Notes under the pieces: generated by a model | Told to the model about the DNA's origin: nothing | Database searches by the model: none | What the model saw: the letters and a program-made list of their open reading frames with translations, nothing else | Made by a program: the position numbers and the translations under genes | Part shown: positions 1 through 9,774 of the stretch, piece after piece | How positions within the stretch are numbered: the stretch's first letter is position 1 | Layout: each line of letters begins with the position of its first letter | Source of the DNA: Candidatus Nanohaloarchaea archaeon | GTDB taxonomy: Archaea; Nanohalarchaeota; Nanosalinia; Nanosalinales; Nanosalinaceae | Assembly (NCBI GenBank): GCA_014297435.1 | Contig: JACOQA010000002.1 | Span: 160,001 to 224,000, forward strand | Length of the DNA stretch: 64,000 nucleotides | Direction: 5' to 3'

Positions 1-2026
1 TACCTGTAGGGGTCAGGCTGTACAAGGTCTGTAAAGGTTCGGCCCTTCTCTCAACAAAATGCGTGGTGTTATACCCTTCTTTTCTTAGAACGTTTTCAAC
101 GCTGCTACCATGTCTAAGACCTCCTCCAAAAGTTGCGAGCACCACAGGCCATTCCTTGTGTAGGTATTCAGATCCTAGAACCGCTTTGCTACCGATTTCT
201 CTTTCCAGTGATCTGTGGAAAAGCTTTGAAGCTTCTAAGCTGTCTGAAGGGTATCTTCCGACACCTGCCTCAAGGAAAGAATCGTTGTCCAGGTCTCCAT
301 AGTTAAGGTCGGAGGTGAAATGTTTACCGTCCTCTTTATCGCTGAAAAGTATTCCTTTTTCCACAGGGTCCTCGTAAACCTTTCTAGGAGCGTTTAATAG
401 CGATATATGTTTGCCTTCAAATACTGTGTTAGGGTTCTCTCCTATCCGTTTGAACGCATTATTGATTTTTCTATCGAGCCTTATAACGCCGTTATATTTA
501 TTGGTTGTCGAATTCAAGTTCTGGTAGCTGAAGTCGCTGTCAAAGTTAACAGGGTAAACAACTTGTTTTACAGCCATCTCCGCCGCCAAAACACCGGAAT
601 CAGAATCTAAATCAGCTACAACAACATGGTTAGGATCAAAAACCTCGATAAAACGATTCTTAACCTCTTCAAGACTCTTGTTAACCAGAGAACTTGAACA
701 CCTTTCCCTGGAAAAACTCAGGCACGAACCATTCTTAGCTGCCAAAGCAGAAGCATAAACAGCCTTAACACGATCCTTCACAAAAACACAGTCCGTCCTA
801 TTGAAAACCTTGTTCACGTTATCCGTAGAATTCGCCGAAGAAACACCTACACCAAGAACGTTTTCTTCCTGAATTTTCTCCGTAGAATTTGAAACATAAG
901 CTGTCGAGTTCAAAGCCACAGCCTCTAACATCGAACGGTCTTTACCCACAAAAACAGTTTGATTAAGAGAATGGTTCCAGGTGTCAGTCGCGGCTTTCTC
1001 AAGATCAAGTATTTTGACTTCCTGATCTAAGGCTAGAGCAAGTTCATGCTCTTGATCGGGATCATACTGTGTGAGTTTGAGCCCTTTTTGATAATTCTTC
1101 AAACTAGATGAAAATATTTTTTCGCCTTTGTAATTGAATATAGATAGATTTCTTGCCTGTATTCCAGCCATTAAATCTCTTTTAGGTAGTTTTTGGAGTT
1201 GATCAATTTGGTGTTCGTAGTTTTTCTGATGGAGTAATTCCCCTTTTTGGTTTCTGATATATAAGCTGTTTTTACCGCCATAGAGCATTTTGTTGTCTTT
1301 TAGGACTACAGAGGTTGTGATAGGAGACTTAACAGACCATTTAACAGAGCCGTTCAAACCTCTCAGTTCTAATCCCTGAGAATGTCTGATGAGGACGCTT
1401 TTATCGATGAATTTGCCGAATTTCTTATCGCCAGGGGCAGCAGACCATTCTATTTTGCCTGTTTCGGACTCAATCACTCTTAAAGGTCCTGAGCCATAGT
1501 TTCCAAAAATAACTTCCAATCTACCATCTTCGTCAAAATCTGAATGATCTCCAACTAGTTTCAAACCCTTATTGCTATTTTTCAACCATCTCTGTTTTCC
1601 ATTCAAACTAAAAACGCCGTAAATCCTTCCATTACCAGCCGCTATACGGTTGTCTGAAATGAATTTCACCGAATCAACAGCCCTTCTGAATGCGCTTTCT
1701 GAAGTAATATCGCCTTGTGAGTGTACAAACCATTTGGGGTCTGAAAACTTTGTTCCGGTTGCCCAAAAGGCAGTATTGTTGATTTTACGGTAGTCTATGC
1801 TGAAGGCGGTCCTGCCCTCAGGATTCAGGCTGTAGAGTTTGGAGGATTTGTTGTAAACCGATAAAATGTCTTTTTGATTTATTTCAAGTCCGAAATCTCC
1901 TTCTTTAGAAGTTTCAAAACTTTTTAACTTATTCTCGTAATCGAAGCTTTGAATCTCGGTTAGTTCAAAGCCCGAAGCTGCCGGTATCACCGGAATTAAC
2001 AGTAAAACAATCAGTATCTTTCTCAT
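1..2026 (-). CDS. Secreted beta-propeller (FG-GAP-like) protein with a C25/gingipain-like region; partial, runs off the window start
   Basis: Not in the ORF track. Manual translation from ATG 2026 gives signal peptide MRKILIVLLLIPVIPAASG, FG-GAP-like DFDEDGRLEVIFG and WS/W propeller motifs. In the same frame near 240-320 is FTSDLNYGDLDNDSFLEAGVGRYP, resembling the C25 SDxxYxDxDxD...VGRxP motif. Confidence 0.7.
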   Translation of the reverse strand, partial: MRKILIVLLLIPVIPAASGFELTEIQSFDYENKLKSFETSKEGDFGLEINQKDILSVYNKSSKLYSLNPEGRTAFSIDYRKINNTAFWATGTKFSDPKWFVHSQGDITSESAFRRAVDSVKFISDNRIAAGNGRIYGVFSLNGKQRWLKNSNKGLKLVGDHSDFDEDGRLEVIFGNYGSGPLRVIESETGKIEWSAAPGDKKFGKFIDKSVLIRHSQGLELRGLNGSVKWSVKSPITTSVVLKDNKMLYGGKNSLYIRNQKGELLHQKNYEHQIDQLQKLPKRDLMAGIQARNLSIFNYKGEKIFSSSLKNYQKGLKLTQYDPDQEHELALALDQEVKILDLEKAATDTWNHSLNQTVFVGKDRSMLEAVALNSTAYVSNSTEKIQEENVLGVGVSSANSTDNVNKVFNRTDCVFVKDRVKAVYASALAAKNGSCLSFSRERCSSSLVNKSLEEVKNRFIEVFDPNHVVVADLDSDSGVLAAEMAVKQVVYPVNFDSDFSYQNLNSTTNKYNGVIRLDRKINNAFKRIGENPNTVFEGKHISLLNAPRKVYEDPVEKGILFSDKEDGKHFTSDLNYGDLDNDSFLEAGVGRYPSDSLEASKLFHRSLEREIGSKAVLGSEYLHKEWPVVLATFGGGLRHGSSVENVLRKEGYNTTHFVERRAEPLQTLYSLTPTG

Positions 2027-2071
2027 GGTTAAGCTGAAAAGCTTCTGTTTTAAACCAAAGATTACGGTTCG

Positions 2072-3196
2072 ATGAGTGTGGAAGTAGGAATATACCATCC
2101 TTGGTTGAAAGAGAAAGGCGGAGCCGAAAAAGTAGTTCTAGAACTAGCAAAACGATCAACACACGAAATAACAATATACACAAGGTTCTACAACCCGGAA
2201 TCAACATTCAAAGAATTCGGAGATCTGGAAATTAAGGAACTAGGGTTTGGCGGTGACGCAAAAAACTTTATCGACGCAGGTCTCAGATTCGGAATCGGAT
2301 CCATGCTAGGCAAAATACCGACAGAAAAACTCGACGCACTAATAATATCAGAAGCAGGTCTCGGATCACTCACAGCAATCAGAAACAACAACCTACCAAT
2401 AATCTGCTACTGCCACACACCTCTAAGAGCTGCGCACCCCGAATTCACACAACTCTACATCAACGAACAACCTCTACCACTAAAACCCGTCTACAAAATC
2501 GGAACCAAAATATACAGCGTTTTCGAGAAACACGCATGGAAAAAATTCGACAAGGTAATTGCGAACAGCCAAACTACCAAAGAAAGAATAATCGCAAAAC
2601 ACCTAAAACACGAGAAAGACATAGAAGTAGTCCATCCCGGTGCAGATATAGAACAAAACAAGCCTGGAGAGTACGAAAACTACTTCCTGTACCCCTCCCG
2701 TTTCAGAAAGTACAAAAGACAAGAACTAGCTATTGAAGCATTCGAAAAAGCGGATCTCGAAGGCTTCAAACTAATTTTGGCTGGTTCCAACCAAGACCCT
2801 GAATACGTAGAACAACTAAGACAAAAAGCAGGAGAAAACGTAGAAATCAAGACCGATGTGCCGGGAGACGAATGGAGAGAACTTTACAGAAACTGTTACA
2901 GCGTCTTGTTTCTTGCAGAAAACGAAGACTGGGGTATTATCCCGGTCGAGACCGGAAGCTACGGCAAAAGTATCATCTCAGTTAATGAAGGCGGGCCGGC
3001 CGAATCAGTACAACACGGAGAAACAGGATTCCTTGTAGAACCCGAACCGGGCATGATCGCGGAAAAAATGTGTGAGTTGGCGGAAAATCCTGAGAAAAAC
3101 CGGGAAATCGGTAAAAAAGCTCGAAAAGAATCAAAGAAATACAGCTGGCAGAAATTCGCTGAAAAACTAGATAGACAAGTCGAGGATTTGGAATGA
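2072..3196 (+). CDS. Glycosyltransferase family 4 (GT-B)
   Basis: GGAEKV N-terminal motif, YCHTP, EDWGIIPVE (Ex7E), NEGGPAE. Confidence 0.93.
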   Translation: MSVEVGIYHPWLKEKGGAEKVVLELAKRSTHEITIYTRFYNPESTFKEFGDLEIKELGFGGDAKNFIDAGLRFGIGSMLGKIPTEKLDALIISEAGLGSLTAIRNNNLPIICYCHTPLRAAHPEFTQLYINEQPLPLKPVYKIGTKIYSVFEKHAWKKFDKVIANSQTTKERIIAKHLKHEKDIEVVHPGADIEQNKPGEYENYFLYPSRFRKYKRQELAIEAFEKADLEGFKLILAGSNQDPEYVEQLRQKAGENVEIKTDVPGDEWRELYRNCYSVLFLAENEDWGIIPVETGSYGKSIISVNEGGPAESVQHGETGFLVEPEPGMIAEKMCELAENPEKNREIGKKARKESKKYSWQKFAEKLDRQVEDLE

Positions 3197-4155
3197 AAAT
3201 ATCACTTATCTGCACAGTATATAATGAAGGAGGATCTATCGAAGAACTTCTAGAATCCATAGTAGGACAGAAACGAACTCCGGATGAAGCAGTTTTCGTT
3301 GACGCGGGCTCCGAGGATGGCACACGTCAGATTATAGAAAATTACTCAGAGGATTATGAGTGGATCAAATTATTTGTTGAAGAAGGGTGCAATATTGCTG
3401 AGGGCCGTAACACTGCTATAGAGAAGGCAGAAAACGATTACATCGTAGGAACTGACGGCGGCTGTATTCTTGACGAAGGATGGGTTAAGGCCATGGAAGA
3501 AGCTTTCGAAGACGGTCATGAAGCGCTCTCCGGACTCTTTAAACCTCTTTCCGATGATCTGTTCGAATTCGTTCAGGGGGAGATTCGTTGCGCACACTAT
3601 GAACGAGAGAATGTTCCGGATAACTGGCCGCCAAGCTCCCGTTCAGTTGGTTTCACCAGACAAGCATGGGAGGATGCAGGAAAATACCCTGAAGATCTTT
3701 TCACAGGAGAAGACGCGAAATATAACTCAAATATTAGGCGGGCGGGATACGAATGGCATGTCGTGCGTGATGCATTTGTATACTGGCGTATGAGGCCATC
3801 ATGGAGATCATATTTCAAGCAGTTCTACCTTTATGGGGAGGGTGATGCCAGGGCAGGAAACATGTTTGACTACCCGGGCAAAATCTTCGGTGTCTCAAAG
3901 GTCTTTCTCCAGACCTCGACCACGTATATAGGACTGATAGGTTTAGCAGGAGCTATCACCGAACCACTTCTATTATCGTTGACTGTTGCTGGATTCGGTG
4001 CTCACTACGGTTATTACCTTTCAAATCTCAAATCTGCAGTAGAAAAGAAGGGATTAAAGACAGCTCCCTACTTTATTGGATTGGTGCCGGTTCAAACGCT
4101 TGGACACTTCCTAGGTTATCACAAAGAGAAGGTGAGAAAATGGCTTCGATTGTAA
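3193..4155 (+). CDS. Glycosyltransferase family 2 with C-terminal TM segments
   Basis: SLICTVYNE, VDAGSEDGT, GRNTAIE, TDGG, GED; ATGA overlap with the upstream gene. Confidence 0.93.
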   Translation: MKISLICTVYNEGGSIEELLESIVGQKRTPDEAVFVDAGSEDGTRQIIENYSEDYEWIKLFVEEGCNIAEGRNTAIEKAENDYIVGTDGGCILDEGWVKAMEEAFEDGHEALSGLFKPLSDDLFEFVQGEIRCAHYERENVPDNWPPSSRSVGFTRQAWEDAGKYPEDLFTGEDAKYNSNIRRAGYEWHVVRDAFVYWRMRPSWRSYFKQFYLYGEGDARAGNMFDYPGKIFGVSKVFLQTSTTYIGLIGLAGAITEPLLLSLTVAGFGAHYGYYLSNLKSAVEKKGLKTAPYFIGLVPVQTLGHFLGYHKEKVRKWLRL

Positions 4156-5060
4156 TACCTACAAAAGACGAGGACAAGATCTTCACCGCGATGAAAAGAG
4201 CTAAGATGCAGGGACCCGACGAAATAATCGTAGTAAATGAACAGAGTTCCTCAGAACCTTACAAAGAAAAGCTATCTAATATGTCAGGAATAAGATACTT
4301 CGAAGTCGAAGGAGGAACCGCCAAAGCCAGAAATAAAGGAGCTGAGGAAGCGAAGTCTGATAAAATAATATTCCTGGATGCCGACTGTTATCCTCAAGAA
4401 GGCTGGCTTAAAGCCATGGAGGAAGCACTAGAACAAACAGATATGGCGGAGGGGAAGGTCGAATATCAGGGAAAAAGATGTCCCTTGAATAAAGTAGTAG
4501 AGAATCTTGGAGAAGAGAAAAGGTTTTTGACGGCCAATTTAGGGGTTAGGAAAGAAGTATTTGGCAGGATTCAGTTCGATGATGCTTACGATATATTCCG
4601 TGAAGACACTGATTTTGGTTGGAGAGCGTTGAAAGCAGGGTTCAAAACTCAGTTTGTTGAAAATGCAGGGGTCGATCATGATGCCGGAAGATACGACCTC
4701 GAATCGTTTGTTAAGGACAGGCTGAGGTACAAGACCGAGCCTTACTTCTACAGAAAGTTTAAGAACTACGATTTAATCGATAGAGAGGTATCGAAGAAAG
4801 GTCCTGTATACTATCCTAAAGAATTAGTTTTCTCACTTCTTATAATCGTAAGTCTTGCGGTCTCAATATTCCAGCCCTTGGCCTTAATAGCAACAGTAAG
4901 TTTGATGGTGTTTCTCTCAAGTTTCTACACTTACTCGAAGATAAATCAGGGCAAAGCAAGGTTCTGCCCGATCGACTGGCTGAAAGGGTTGGTGTACGTC
5001 CCTCTCGGAATGCTGGCGAAACAGTACGCCATAACCAAAGGTGTCTGGAAGTGGAGATAA
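4140..5060 (+). CDS. Glycosyltransferase family 2 with C-terminal TM segments
   Basis: SIVIPT, ARNKGA, FLDAD, REDTDF. Confidence 0.92.
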   Translation: MASIVIPTKDEDKIFTAMKRAKMQGPDEIIVVNEQSSSEPYKEKLSNMSGIRYFEVEGGTAKARNKGAEEAKSDKIIFLDADCYPQEGWLKAMEEALEQTDMAEGKVEYQGKRCPLNKVVENLGEEKRFLTANLGVRKEVFGRIQFDDAYDIFREDTDFGWRALKAGFKTQFVENAGVDHDAGRYDLESFVKDRLRYKTEPYFYRKFKNYDLIDREVSKKGPVYYPKELVFSLLIIVSLAVSIFQPLALIATVSLMVFLSSFYTYSKINQGKARFCPIDWLKGLVYVPLGMLAKQYAITKGVWKWR

Positions 5061-6025
5061 CATATGTAGGAAGTTCCACTGGTTACGCAGGAGTGGAGAT
5101 CTACAGTCAGGAGCTGAAAAGAGAGCTGGAGAAAAAAGATATAGAAGTAAACCAGGTCGAACCCGCGACAAAACTCAAGCCACACTTCCTAAACCACTTG
5201 CTGATGAACTCTAGGGAGTTAGGATCGGAGGGGGTCGTCCACGTCACGAACCAAGATCTTATGTCAGGTTTCTTCATGAAGAAAGGCAAAATGGTTGTAA
5301 CCGTCCACGATATCTTTCCATATCTGGGATACTCAGGTCCAATATATTCTCAAATCTCCAGGTTTTACGTCCGGAATATAGAGAGAAAGGCTGACAAGAT
5401 AATCGCGATTTCCGAGTTCACGAGAGACCAATTGATTGAAAACACCGATATTACTGATGAAAGGATCGAAGTCATATACCAAGGCGTTGATCTTGAAACA
5501 TTCTGCCCGAAAGAAGGATCGCCGTTCGAGTTCGACTATTTTCTGCATGTTGGATCGGAGATTGACAGGAAGAACATCGAAGGTTTGATTGAAATATTCT
5601 CAGATATTAAGGAAGAAAAAGATGTGAAGCTGGTAAGGGTCGGAAACCAGAAAGAGGAAACAAAGAATTTGATCGAATCGAAAGATCTTGAAGACGACGT
5701 TATCTATGTTGATAATATTACAACTGAGAAACTTGTTAAGATCTACTCTGGCGCAGAAAAACTACTATTCCCGAGTGAGGCAGAAGGCTTCGGAAGACCG
5801 ATGATCGAAAGCCTTGCTTGTGGAACACCGGTGGTTGCGTTTGATCGTTCACCCATGAACGAAGTTCTTCCCGAGGAAATGCTCGTTGATTGGAACGATC
5901 AGGAACGATTCGTTGAGAAGGCGCTTGAAAGTAGCGATACTGACTGTCGTTCAATCGCTGACAATTATTCGTGGGAGAGAACAGCAGAGGAAACAGTCGA
6001 GGTGTACAGACAATTAGGAAAGTAG
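5051..6025 (+). CDS. Glycosyltransferase family 4
   Basis: VTVHD, RKNI, EGFGRPMIESLACGTP; GTG start preceded by GGTG. Confidence 0.93.
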   Translation: MEITYVGSSTGYAGVEIYSQELKRELEKKDIEVNQVEPATKLKPHFLNHLLMNSRELGSEGVVHVTNQDLMSGFFMKKGKMVVTVHDIFPYLGYSGPIYSQISRFYVRNIERKADKIIAISEFTRDQLIENTDITDERIEVIYQGVDLETFCPKEGSPFEFDYFLHVGSEIDRKNIEGLIEIFSDIKEEKDVKLVRVGNQKEETKNLIESKDLEDDVIYVDNITTEKLVKIYSGAEKLLFPSEAEGFGRPMIESLACGTPVVAFDRSPMNEVLPEEMLVDWNDQERFVEKALESSDTDCRSIADNYSWERTAEETVEVYRQLGK

Positions 6026-6966
6026 TCGGTATACACTACGGAGAGCCCCATGAGGTCCACAAGGTGTGGATGGATGCGGTAGGTGAGACCAAGAGACTTG
6101 ATATCGACCACGAACCATCGATAACCAACATAATTCGTTATGCTTTAAAGGTCCGGGAAGTTCCTGATGCCGATGTTATAATCTGCGAAGGCGGAGTCGA
6201 ACTGAGGACTGCCGTCGTGAAGAAACTATTGAACCCGGGAACGAAGATAGTCCGATTGGTCGCGGACCAAGGTCTTTACGAAGTCGAGGAAAAAGATCGG
6301 AATGGTTTCGAGCAAAAGCTTCTGAATCGTTTTGTCGATGGAGCGATCACCAACTCAGAGTTCATGAAGAACTATGCTGAAAAATTCATCGATGCGCCGA
6401 TAGAAGTCGTTCATCCTTTTGTACCCGATCTTGAAAGATATCTTGAGAACAATAGAGAGTACAAAGAGACACAGGAAATCTGCTTCGTCGGCTACAACTA
6501 TCCAAACAAGAACGTCGATGTACTGGTTGAAGCAGTGAAAGATCTCGACGTTAAGCTGCACATAGTTGGGAAAGGTCACGATCAACGTGACGATGAAAAC
6601 GTTATCGTCCATGGTTTCGTCGATGATCTCGAAGAAGTCTACGATCGTTGTGATATCTACGTTCAGCCTTCGGACGGTGATGCGTTCGGAGTGGCACCGG
6701 CCGAAGCGATGGCATACGGAATACCTACAATCGTCACCGATACCACAGGGATCAAAAACTTGATCGGAGAATTAGATGAAAAATTAGTTGCGGAAACATC
6801 AGTCAAAGGAATAAAGGGCGCGATCAAAAGTTTCTACGAAAAAAGCTTCGATGAAAGAAACCAGCTATCGGAAAAGATGAGAGAGAAAGTTTCGGTACTT
6901 TCGAAAGACAGAAGCCAGAAAAGCTTTAGAGACAAGTTCGAGAAAATTGTGGAGGATAAGATATGA
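5971..6966 (+). CDS. Glycosyltransferase family 4 (start uncertain, possibly ATT at 6013)
   Basis: DAFGVAPAEAMAYGIP, ICFVG...KN; no ATG at the expected N-terminus. Confidence 0.88.
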   Translation: MGENSRGNSRGVQTIRKVVGIHYGEPHEVHKVWMDAVGETKRLDIDHEPSITNIIRYALKVREVPDADVIICEGGVELRTAVVKKLLNPGTKIVRLVADQGLYEVEEKDRNGFEQKLLNRFVDGAITNSEFMKNYAEKFIDAPIEVVHPFVPDLERYLENNREYKETQEICFVGYNYPNKNVDVLVEAVKDLDVKLHIVGKGHDQRDDENVIVHGFVDDLEEVYDRCDIYVQPSDGDAFGVAPAEAMAYGIPTIVTDTTGIKNLIGELDEKLVAETSVKGIKGAIKSFYEKSFDERNQLSEKMREKVSVLSKDRSQKSFRDKFEKIVEDKI

Positions 6967-8030
6967 GAATACTTTTTATGGAAAGATGGACCTCTGATCC
7001 TAGAGGAGGAACAGAGTCAATAAAAACCCTTTTTGAGGAAGTAAGCAAAGAACACGAAACGAAGTTCATATGGAGAGGCAACAGAAAAACCGAGGAGGGC
7101 GAGGAAGCCGCCAAGCTTTATTCGAACTCTATCAGCCCTTACGTACCTTTGGAAGTTGAGAAATTATTGCTTTTCCTTGAACCTCAACTTACCGGTCTCT
7201 ACGAAAGAATCGACGAATTTGATCCCGATCTGATAGTTACGCAGTCAGAGTCCTCATATATTGCAGTTAAGTACGCTCAGGAAAACGACTGCCGATCATG
7301 CGTGTTCTTGAGAGCATGGGAGCTTCTCTACGCTTCCGAAAAAACTCACGGAGGAAATATGATCGTCTCCAAAATTGCGAACTCGGCTATAAGGCCTTTA
7401 AACAAAAGGCTGGCCGACTATTGCCTCGAGAATGCCGATATTCTTGTAGCTAATAGCAAATATACTGCCGGAGTGTATGAGGATTACATAGAGAGAGATC
7501 CCGAAGTAGTCTATCCCTTTGTTGATCTTGAGAAGTATAGAACGGAGCCTGGCGAAAAGATTCTCCATGTAAATCCCTCGAAGGATAAAGGAATTGATCT
7601 GACTCTTGATGTTGCCGAGGGAATGCCGGAAGAACATTTTATTATCGCTGGAAACCCTAGCAGCGAAATAGCTGAAAGAATAGAGGGTCTTGAAAACGTT
7701 GAATGTCTTGGATATGTAGAGGATATGAAAGAGGCATATTCTCAGACCAAGATTGCATTAGTTCCATCAAAATGGGATGAACCCTTTGGGAGAATACCTA
7801 TTGAAGCAGGAGCTTCCGGTATACCTACGGTAGCCAGCGATCGAGGAGGTTTGCAAGAGTCAGTCGGAGAAAAAGCGCTCCTAGCTCTTAATCAAAAACC
7901 GGAAAGTTACATCGAAAAGATTCGACAAGTAGATGAGAGCTATGAAGAATATTCCGGGAAAGCCAAGAAAAATGCTGAGGAGAAGAAGATAGACCATCAG
8001 ATTAATAGATTTTTGAATTTAATTAGTTGA
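6963..8030 (+). CDS. Glycosyltransferase family 4
   Basis: GGTE, KGID, EPFGRIPIEAGASGIP, RGGLQE. Confidence 0.93.
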   Translation: MRILFMERWTSDPRGGTESIKTLFEEVSKEHETKFIWRGNRKTEEGEEAAKLYSNSISPYVPLEVEKLLLFLEPQLTGLYERIDEFDPDLIVTQSESSYIAVKYAQENDCRSCVFLRAWELLYASEKTHGGNMIVSKIANSAIRPLNKRLADYCLENADILVANSKYTAGVYEDYIERDPEVVYPFVDLEKYRTEPGEKILHVNPSKDKGIDLTLDVAEGMPEEHFIIAGNPSSEIAERIEGLENVECLGYVEDMKEAYSQTKIALVPSKWDEPFGRIPIEAGASGIPTVASDRGGLQESVGEKALLALNQKPESYIEKIRQVDESYEEYSGKAKKNAEEKKIDHQINRFLNLIS

Positions 8031-8151
8031 TTCTCATTTTTTAATGAAGTAGAGCAGGCAGAAGAGCTGAGAAAGAAAAAGCAGTTAGAGAGAAATAGGG
8101 GCTTAAAAGCTATTATTCAAGGGCTAAATAGTGTTTCTGAAGGTCGAGGAG

Positions 8152-8922
8152 TTATCTTTTAACCTTTATGTGGTTCTCGCTCTCTCGACTTCCTACATCA
8201 TATAGCTTGAATTCTTTATCTTTCAAGAATTTCTTTAGTTCTGCTTCTGAACCGCCGAACTTCTTGATTCTGTCTCCATGAAGTTCGATGAATAGAGTGT
8301 TTGCGGTTTCTAAGGTTTTTTCTAAACCCTTTAGAACTTCCAGTTCTGCACCTTCTACATCTATCTTGATTACGTCGGGTTGTTCAATTTCATGTTCGCT
8401 GATGAAGTCGTCTCCTTTCCAGGTCTCTGTACTCATATCTCCTTGATTAGATATACTTGCCTCACCTTCTCCTGCTTCTCCTGATTCTTCTTTTAGCATC
8501 ATCTCTGAATTTTGATTCATCAGTGCGACTTCGAAGACTTTACCGTTAATGCTGTTGAGTTCAAAGTTTCTTCTCAGATGCTCTGCGTTTTTCGGGAAGG
8601 GCTCGAAGCCGTAGACTTTGGCTCCTGTTTTACCTGCAAAGCAAGCATGTGTTCCAATATTGGCGCCTATATCATAGAACGTATCAGATTCATCAAGTTC
8701 TTCTATTATGGATTTAATGACAGGTTTTTCGTCTTTGAAGTTCTTTACCCGGTTGTATTCGGTTGGAGAAGTAATGGTGAAGTTACAGGAGATTTCATTT
8801 ATCTCTGTTGTTTTTCTGCCTTTCCGGAGCGTAAACTCTTGCTTCAGAAAAGAAGCTACATATCGTATCTTCCCAGGATTCTTAACAAGTTTCAGTACTT
8901 TTTTAGAATATCTTTTTATCAT
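8152..8922 (-). CDS. FkbM-family SAM-dependent methyltransferase (glycan methylation)
   Basis: YDIGANIG, FEP, IKIDVEGAE; ATG 8922 preferred because longer starts overlap the divergent gene at 8943. Confidence 0.9.
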   Translation of the reverse strand: MIKRYSKKVLKLVKNPGKIRYVASFLKQEFTLRKGRKTTEINEISCNFTITSPTEYNRVKNFKDEKPVIKSIIEELDESDTFYDIGANIGTHACFAGKTGAKVYGFEPFPKNAEHLRRNFELNSINGKVFEVALMNQNSEMMLKEESGEAGEGEASISNQGDMSTETWKGDDFISEHEIEQPDVIKIDVEGAELEVLKGLEKTLETANTLFIELHGDRIKKFGGSEAELKKFLKDKEFKLYDVGSRESENHIKVKR

Positions 8923-8942
8923 TGGATGATCTCTGATACAAT

Positions 8943-9774
8943 ATGTCGCTTTATTCTTTTTACAAGAAATGGGTCCTTCCGAAAATCGAGACTCGCCGTG
9001 GATCAAATTTCATCTGTCGACATCTAAAGAAGTTGTCTCTAGGCAGTCTGGAGTCTGTTCCAGTATCAGAGAGAGAGAGAAGGGATAGGAGACAAAGAAT
9101 GGGATAATCTGATAATATTGGATGCGTGTCGGCACGATCTTTTCGAGGAGGTTGTAGGGGAATCCGATTACCGTTATTCTCTAGGCTCCAATTCTTCTGA
9201 ATTTGTAGAAAAGAATTTTTCTGAAGGAGATTGGTCTGATACTGTTTATGTGACAGCTAATCCACATTTTCACAAGACTCATTTTGAAAGTTTAACAGGA
9301 AAGAAGGCCGAGGAAGTATTCCATGAAGTTTTTCATACCTATGAGACAGACTGGAATAAAGACGAAAGAACTATTATGCCTGAAGATGTAGCTCGCGATG
9401 CTGAAACTGCAGCAAACCTATTTCCTGATAAGAAACTAATTATACATTTTATGCAGCCGCATTATCCCTTTCTCAATTCCGATTTAGAGGAAAGCGGTAT
9501 CAGAATAGTTGATGGAGAGGGCGGAAAAACTATTTGGGAGAGAGCTGAAAGGGGGGAAATAGATAAGAGAGAAGTGCGGGGTGCTTATAAGAGAAATCTC
9601 GAAATCGTAATGGAGTATGTAAAAGACTTGAATTTAGAAGGGACGACTAGGGTTACTGCTGACCATGCTAACTTGTTTGGAGAAGGAGGAATATATGGTC
9701 ATCCGAAGGAGGCTCACGTTAAGCCCCTACTTAGGGTACCATGGTACGATTTAAAGGCCGCTAGGGCCAATTGA
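8943..9774 (+). pseudogene. AlkP-superfamily (sulfatase-like) gene, frameshifted at a (GA)6 repeat
   Basis: ATG 8943 gives MSLYSFYKKWVLPKIETRRGSNFICRHLKKL, homologous to the paralogs' N-termini. The catalytic part (WDNLIILDACRHD, TANPHF, HFMQPH, TADH, YGHP) is in the +1 frame, which has a TAG at 9040-9042 and no start codon before the conserved WDNLIILD motif. Confidence 0.85.
9068..9080. repeat. Dinucleotide microsatellite A(GA)6
   Basis: agagagagagaga at the frame junction of the 8943-9774 gene. Confidence 0.9.

Noticed and set aside
63-2207. Short track ORFs 63-302, 407-610 and 1965-2207
   Set aside because: They are shadows of the real minus-strand gene (1-2026) and of the GT4 start.
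9118-9774. Intact 218-aa gene starting at TTG 9118
   Set aside because: That TTG lies inside the conserved NLIILD strand; the real N-terminus is upstream in another frame.
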